Assembly: GCA_035264265.1 (NCBI GenBank)
Contig: DATFQM010000101.1
Span: 1 to 57,197, forward strand
From: Thermoleophilaceae bacterium
GTDB lineage: Bacteria > Actinomycetota > Thermoleophilia > Solirubrobacterales > Thermoleophilaceae
DNA length: 57,197 nucleotides
Reading direction: 5' to 3'
The translations under genes and the position numbers were made by a program. This document shows, one piece after another, positions 52,530 to 57,197 of the stretch. The notes under the pieces were generated by a model. The model had not been told where the DNA came from, did no database searches, and worked only from the letters and a program-made list of their open reading frames with translations. The first letter of the stretch is position 1. The number at the start of each line of letters is the position of its first letter.

Positions 52530-54493
52530 CGTGGGGTCGGCTGGGGCGTTGCCGGCGGCGTTGAGGGGGTCGTGGGAGTCTTATCGGGAGTCTTGGGAGC
52601 CTTGGGGGCTTCGCGAGGCTTGGGCTCCTTGAAGACCCCCACGACGATCACCACCGCGGCTCCCTTGTCTGCCTGGGCGCCACCGGCCGGCCGCTGATCC
52701 AGGACCTTCCCATCCTCGTCCCGGTTCGTGACGCTCCGTTCGCGCCTGACCGCGTTCAGCTGGGCGGCGCGCAGCTCACGCACGGCGGCGCCCGCCGAAA
52801 GCCCTACCACGTCGGGCACGGTCCGCTTCGGCCGGCTCTTGGAAACGGTGATCGTGACGCGAGTGCCCTTGTCGACGCGGCTGCCAGCGGCCGGCTGCTG
52901 CGCCAGAACCTCGCCCCGCGGGGCATCGGACTCGTGCTCCTGCACAGCGACCTCCAGGCCGGCGTTGTCGATCTGGCTCTCCGCCGAGTCGCGCGAGAGG
53001 CCGACCACGGCCGGCACGCTCACCTTGCTGGGACCGGAGCTCACGAACAACCGTACTCGCGTGCCACGCTCGACCTCAGTGCTCTCTCGGGGCACGGTCC
53101 GGATGGCGAACCCTTCCCTCACCCGGTCGGAGTGCTCCTCGTCCACGTTCGCCTTGAGATCCAGCTTGTTGAGCTCTTTGATGGCGCGCGCCTGCTCAAG
53201 GTTCTCAACCGAGGGGACCCGCACGTTCCCGGGGCCGTTCGACACCTCCAGCGTCACGGTCGAGCCCTTGTCGGCCCGCGTCCCTCCGTTGGGGTCCTGG
53301 TCGACGACCGTGTCGAAGTCAGCGATGCTGCGCACTCGGGTCTGCCTGACCTTGAGCCCCGCGCGCTCGAGTGCCGCTCGAGCCCGGATCAGTTGCTTGC
53401 CCGTTACTCGGGGCACGTCGACCTTGTCGGCGGCTGGCAGACCGCCGAGAGCGAGGAAGGCGAGCAGGGCAGCGAGCGCCAGCGTCAGCAGCCCGATCGC
53501 GAACATCGGCCAGCGGCGGCGACGGCGGGTGGGGGGGCCCGTCGCGGGCGGTGCCTCGGGCGCGGTCCCGTCGACGGGCTCGGCGAGCGCCGAGTCGGGG
53601 CTCGCGACGGGGATCGGCAGGGGGAGGGCCGCGAAGGCCGCGGTGTCCTGGCCGTCGCCCGCCTCGAGCTGCTCGCGCGCCGCCTCCAAGCCGGCGGCGA
53701 AGTCGTCGGCTCTCTGCCAGCGCTGGCCGGGATCCTTGGCCAGCGCCGCCATCACCACGGCCTCGAGCGCCGGGCTCACGTCCGGACGGAACCGGGAGAC
53801 CGGCGGAGGCGGCTCCGCCAGGTGCTTCAGCGCCACGGACACCGCGCTGTCGCCGTCGAACGGCAGCCGCCCCGCCAGCATCTCGTAGAGCATCACGCCG
53901 ATCGAGTAGAGGTCCGACGCAGCGGTGACCGCGTGCCCCTGGGCCTGCTCCGGCGACAGGTACTGGGCGGTGCCCATGATCGAGCCGGTCTCCGTCATCT
54001 CGGAGGCGCCGGCCCTGGCGATGCCGAAGTCCGTCACCTTCGCGTTGCCGTTTTCGTCCACGATCACGTTGTGGGGCTTGAAGTCCCGGTGGATCACGCC
54101 ACGCCGGTGCGCGAACCCCGCCGCGCGCAGGATCTGGACGCCGAGCTCTATCGCTGTCTTCTGCGGGAGCGGAGCCGTGTCCGTCATGATCTCCTTGAGC
54201 GTGCGCCCCGGCAGGTGCTCCATCGCGATGTAGTAGGTGCCCTCGTGCTGCCCGCGGTCGAAGACCCCCACGACGTGCGGGTGTTGGAGCCCGGCCGCCG
54301 AGCTCGCCTCCCGCCTGAAGCGCTCGACGAACCCCTGGTCCTGGGCGAAGCGCCGGTGGAGCACCTTGAGCGCTACCTCGCGCCCGAGGTGGGTGTCCTC
54401 GGCGCAGTACACGTCGGCCATGCCCCCCGAGCCGATCCTGCCGACGACGCGGTAGCGGCCGTCGACGAGCGTCTTGTCCGCCAGCTCCGTCAT
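52526..54493 (-). CDS. pknB: PASTA-domain Ser/Thr protein kinase
   Basis: ATG 54493 overlaps the pbpA TGA (ATGA). Kinase motifs GSGGMADVYCA, VALK, HRDFKPHNVIV, VTDFGIA. TM helix MFAIGLLTLALAALLAFLALGG. Four PASTA-like repeats (VPRVTGKQ.., VPSVENLEQ.., VPAVVGLSR.., VPDVVGLSA..). Confidence 0.95.
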   Translation of the reverse strand: MTELADKTLVDGRYRVVGRIGSGGMADVYCAEDTHLGREVALKVLHRRFAQDQGFVERFRREASSAAGLQHPHVVGVFDRGQHEGTYYIAMEHLPGRTLKEIMTDTAPLPQKTAIELGVQILRAAGFAHRRGVIHRDFKPHNVIVDENGNAKVTDFGIARAGASEMTETGSIMGTAQYLSPEQAQGHAVTAASDLYSIGVMLYEMLAGRLPFDGDSAVSVALKHLAEPPPPVSRFRPDVSPALEAVVMAALAKDPGQRWQRADDFAAGLEAAREQLEAGDGQDTAAFAALPLPIPVASPDSALAEPVDGTAPEAPPATGPPTRRRRRWPMFAIGLLTLALAALLAFLALGGLPAADKVDVPRVTGKQLIRARAALERAGLKVRQTRVRSIADFDTVVDQDPNGGTRADKGSTVTLEVSNGPGNVRVPSVENLEQARAIKELNKLDLKANVDEEHSDRVREGFAIRTVPRESTEVERGTRVRLFVSSGPSKVSVPAVVGLSRDSAESQIDNAGLEVAVQEHESDAPRGEVLAQQPAAGSRVDKGTRVTITVSKSRPKRTVPDVVGLSAGAAVRELRAAQLNAVRRERSVTNRDEDGKVLDQRPAGGAQADKGAAVVIVVGVFKEPKPREAPKAPKTPDKTPTTPSTPPATPQPTPR

Positions 54494-55917
54494 TGCCCGA
54501 GGAGGGACTCGAGGACCTGCTTGGCCACCGGGGCCGCCACGGTGCCGCCCTGGCCGGAGGTGCGCTCGACGGTCACCGCGATCGCCATGCGCGGGTGATC
54601 GATCGGCGCGAAGGCGATGAACCATGCCTGGTTGGCGGTGCCGTTGGCCACTTCGGCCGTGCCGGTCTTGCCCGCCACGCGGATGCCCGAGAGCGCGGCC
54701 GCCGTGCCCGTCCCCTCTTCCACGACGCGGCCCATCATCTGTGTCAGCTGGGCCGCCGCCTTCTTCGAGATCACCGGCGACTGCAGCTCGGGCTCGATCA
54801 GCCGCTTGACGCGCCCGTCCTTTCGCACGATCCGGTCCACGAGCCGAGGCTTGAACAGCCTGCCGCCATTGGCCACCGCCGAGGCGACCATCGCCATCTG
54901 AAGCGGAGTGACCTGCAGGCGTTCCTGTCCGATCGCCACCCGCCCGATGTCCACCGTGTCGCCCTTCGTCAGCAGGCGGCCGTCGGAGAAGACGCCGCTC
55001 GAATCGATTTGCTGCGGGGGGTAGTCGAGCGGCGGCTTGCTGTTGAAGCCGAACCGCTGCATGTACTTGTACATGGTGCTCTTGCCGAGCCGCTCACCCA
55101 CCTGGGCCCAGACCGTATTGACCGAGTTCGTCAGGGCGTCGGTGAGGCTGACCGGCCCGAAGCTCTCCCCGCCCGCGTTGCTCAGCGGCGTCCCGCTGAT
55201 CGTTCTGGGCGAGGAACCGTCCAGGACCGACTCCGGGGTGAACTTGCCCGTGTCGAGAGCGGCCGCCGCGGTCACGACCTTGAAGGTCGAGCCCGGCTGA
55301 TAGCGGGCCTGGGTGGCGCGGTCGAGGAGCGGTGAGCCCGGCGCGCGGTTGAGCTCCGAGAAGCGGTTGGGAACCTGGTTGGCGTCGTAGTCCGGGATCG
55401 ACACCATCACCCGGACCTTCCCCGTCTGCGGCTCGATGGCCACGACCGAGCCGGCCTGGCCCCCGAGCGCCGAGATCGCCGTCTTTTGCCCCTTCGGGTC
55501 GAGGTTCGTGACGATGTCCGCCCCCTCGCGCCTGCGGTTCTCGAGCCCCGAAAGCACCGTCTGGAACTCGTCCTCGCGACCGGCGAGGTCGTCGTCGTAG
55601 CTCTGCTCGAGGCCCGCCCGGCCGCGCTCGATGAACGAGTAGCCCACGGCATGTGAGAAGAGGGGCCCGGTCGGATAGAAGCGCGTGAAGACCCGGTCGT
55701 CTCCCCTGCCCCTGCCGCGGCTGCGCGCCAGGACGCTGCCGTCGCGCGCCAGGATCAGCTCGCGTGGGACCTTCTGGGCCTCGATCAGCGGCCGGCGATT
55801 TGCGGAGTTGTCCTCCAGGCCCTTGGCGTCGAGCACGGTCCAGTACGACGTGAAGGCCACGAGGACCGCGAACATGAGTCCCACGAGGACAAACAGCTGA
55901 CCGATCTGGCGGTTCAG
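54490..55917 (-). CDS. pbpA: class B penicillin-binding protein (transpeptidase), PbpA-type
   Basis: SxxK (GSTFK), SxN (NSVN) and KTG (GKTGTAE) motifs. The N-terminal TM helix (L)NRQIGQLFVLVGLMFAVLVAF matches the usual MNRxIR.. start. The only codon there is CTG 55917-55915, 6 nt after GGAGG and overlapping the rodA TGA. An alternative GTG lies ~12 codons downstream. Confidence 0.9.
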   Translation of the reverse strand: MNRQIGQLFVLVGLMFAVLVAFTSYWTVLDAKGLEDNSANRRPLIEAQKVPRELILARDGSVLARSRGRGRGDDRVFTRFYPTGPLFSHAVGYSFIERGRAGLEQSYDDDLAGREDEFQTVLSGLENRRREGADIVTNLDPKGQKTAISALGGQAGSVVAIEPQTGKVRVMVSIPDYDANQVPNRFSELNRAPGSPLLDRATQARYQPGSTFKVVTAAAALDTGKFTPESVLDGSSPRTISGTPLSNAGGESFGPVSLTDALTNSVNTVWAQVGERLGKSTMYKYMQRFGFNSKPPLDYPPQQIDSSGVFSDGRLLTKGDTVDIGRVAIGQERLQVTPLQMAMVASAVANGGRLFKPRLVDRIVRKDGRVKRLIEPELQSPVISKKAAAQLTQMMGRVVEEGTGTAAALSGIRVAGKTGTAEVANGTANQAWFIAFAPIDHPRMAIAVTVERTSGQGGTVAAPVAKQVLESLLGQ

Positions 55918-57197
55918 ACCAGGCCTCCTCGTCGGGCCCGCCCCTCGCGGGCGTGGTCGGACACGATCAGGAGCAGGGCGAGCAGCACCATGTTGGCGAC
56001 GATCGAGCTTCCCCCGTAGGAGACGAAGGGGAGGGTCACGCCGGTGAGCGGGATCACCCGCGTCACGCCGCCGACTATCACGAAGACCTGAAGGGCCAGC
56101 ACCGCGGTGAGGCCGGCCGCGAGCAGCTTCGAGAAGCCGTCGTTGGCGAGCATCGCGGTCTTGAACCCGCGAGCGGCGAACAGCAGGTAGACGATCACGA
56201 GTCCCGCCGCGCCGAAGAGGCCCAACTCGTTGGCGATCACGGCGTAGATGAGGTCGGTGTGTGGGGCCGGCAGGATGGTCCCTCCGCCGGGCAGCTCGAG
56301 GAGTGCCTGGCCGAAGCCCTGCCCGAAGAGCCCTCCGTCGGCCTGGGCGAAGAGCGCCTGGGCCACCTGGTAGCCCTTGTCGTCGACGACACCCGGACTG
56401 AAGGGATGCAGCCAGATGTCCACCCGCTCCTCGACGTGCGGCAGGTGGTTGGCGAAGAAGACCGAGCCCGCCAGGAACATCGTCGCTCCCACGCCGACCA
56501 GGGACAGCCTGGCGGTGGAGACGTAGAGGAGCGCCAGGAAGGCGCCGAAGAACATCAGCGAGCTGCCCAGGTCGCGGATGAAGATCAGCATCAGCATCGC
56601 GAGGCCCCACACCAGCAGCAGAGGGCCGAAGTGCTTCAGCGACGGCCGCTCGCGCATGACCGCGACCAGGGAGGCGACGAACACCCCGAGCATCACGGCC
56701 GCGAAGGGCCGCAGGTCGAGGAGGAGGATCAAGAGCAGCGTGCCCGCTGCGGGCAGCCCGTACAGCAGCAGCTGGCGCTGGAAGGGCAGCAGTCGCAGCC
56801 GCGGTCGCACCAGCACGTCGCCGGTCTCGCGCAGGTAGCTGGCGAGGAAGACGATGATCCCGAGCTTGGCGAACTCGGCAGGCTGGAACTTGATCGGACC
56901 GAGCTGGATCGCGAGGAAGGCCCCGTTTACCTGCGCGCCGATGCCCGGAAAGCGCGGCAGCATGAGGAGCAGGATGCTCGCGGCGGCGATCGTGTAGCGG
57001 TAGCGCTCCAGCGCGTGGTGGTCGCGCAGGAAGACGATCGTCCCGCAGAAGAACGCAAGCCCGGCCACGAACCACTGCGCCTGCTCCCGCGCCAGGTCCG
57101 GATCGATCCGGTAGATCTCCACGAGGCCGACCGCCGCCAGCAGCGCCGCCAGCGGGAAGAGGTACGGATCGGCGTCCGGGAGCCGGGCACGGATGAA
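55914..57197 (-). CDS. rodA: FtsW/RodA/SpoVE-family peptidoglycan polymerase (5' end beyond the window)
   Basis: Polytopic protein. The frame stays open upstream of GTG 57122 to the window edge (FIRARLPDADPYLFPLAALLAAVGLVEIYRIDPDLA..), which matches the usual RodA N-region, so the gene is partial here. Confidence 0.9.
   Translation of the reverse strand, partial: FIRARLPDADPYLFPLAALLAAVGLVEIYRIDPDLAREQAQWFVAGLAFFCGTIVFLRDHHALERYRYTIAAASILLLMLPRFPGIGAQVNGAFLAIQLGPIKFQPAEFAKLGIIVFLASYLRETGDVLVRPRLRLLPFQRQLLLYGLPAAGTLLLILLLDLRPFAAVMLGVFVASLVAVMRERPSLKHFGPLLLVWGLAMLMLIFIRDLGSSLMFFGAFLALLYVSTARLSLVGVGATMFLAGSVFFANHLPHVEERVDIWLHPFSPGVVDDKGYQVAQALFAQADGGLFGQGFGQALLELPGGGTILPAPHTDLIYAVIANELGLFGAAGLVIVYLLFAARGFKTAMLANDGFSKLLAAGLTAVLALQVFVIVGGVTRVIPLTGVTLPFVSYGGSSIVANMVLLALLLIVSDHAREGRARRGGLV

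Overview
This is a 57.2-kb, very GC-rich, gene-dense chromosomal segment; third codon positions are almost all G/C. Gene content suggests a high-GC Gram-positive (Actinomycetota-like), but that is inference only. I can support about 50 protein-coding genes and at least six decayed genes or gene stubs. From left to right the window holds:
- a Hanks kinase with a CHRD-like ectodomain, a GH5 glycosidase, a VOC/glyoxalase protein and an orphan solute-binding lipoprotein;
- a TetR-headed block of two DHA2 MFS exporters, each followed by a RibD_C/DHFR-like reductase;
- a decayed stretch at 10.1-12.7 kb;
- MerR, MocR, MarR and PadR regulators;
- an eight-cistron, translationally chained, form-II-like CoxS-L-M operon with CoxD/CoxE/XdhC/MocA maturation genes (18.0-25.5 kb);
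- an alpha/beta hydrolase, a DUF3105 protein and a PGRP-type amidase;
- a surface-glycan assembly locus (29.0-38.9 kb) interrupted by an uncharacterised two-gene module (a FlgD-Ig/DMFase-beta-like anchored protein plus a PQQ-like beta-propeller);
- a 1182-aa zinc-ribbon / class III cyclase / STAND-ATPase / TPR protein;
- LytR_C, CapD and DegT genes, then DedA, PurM and a DsbA-like protein;
- the conserved rodA-pbpA-pknB wall operon, here extended by ddl.
I found no rRNA, tRNA, CRISPR array, transposase, integrase or phage genes, and no clear defence island. The best candidates for undescribed biology are the FlgD-Ig/propeller module inside the glycan locus and the HTH-less zinc-ribbon cyclase-STAND protein. 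Also notable are the unusual load of frameshifted or truncated genes, a 7-nt tandem repeat at the coxD/coxE junction, and divergent gene pairs whose start codons nearly or actually overlap. All family calls come from motifs read by eye in the supplied translations. No database search was run.
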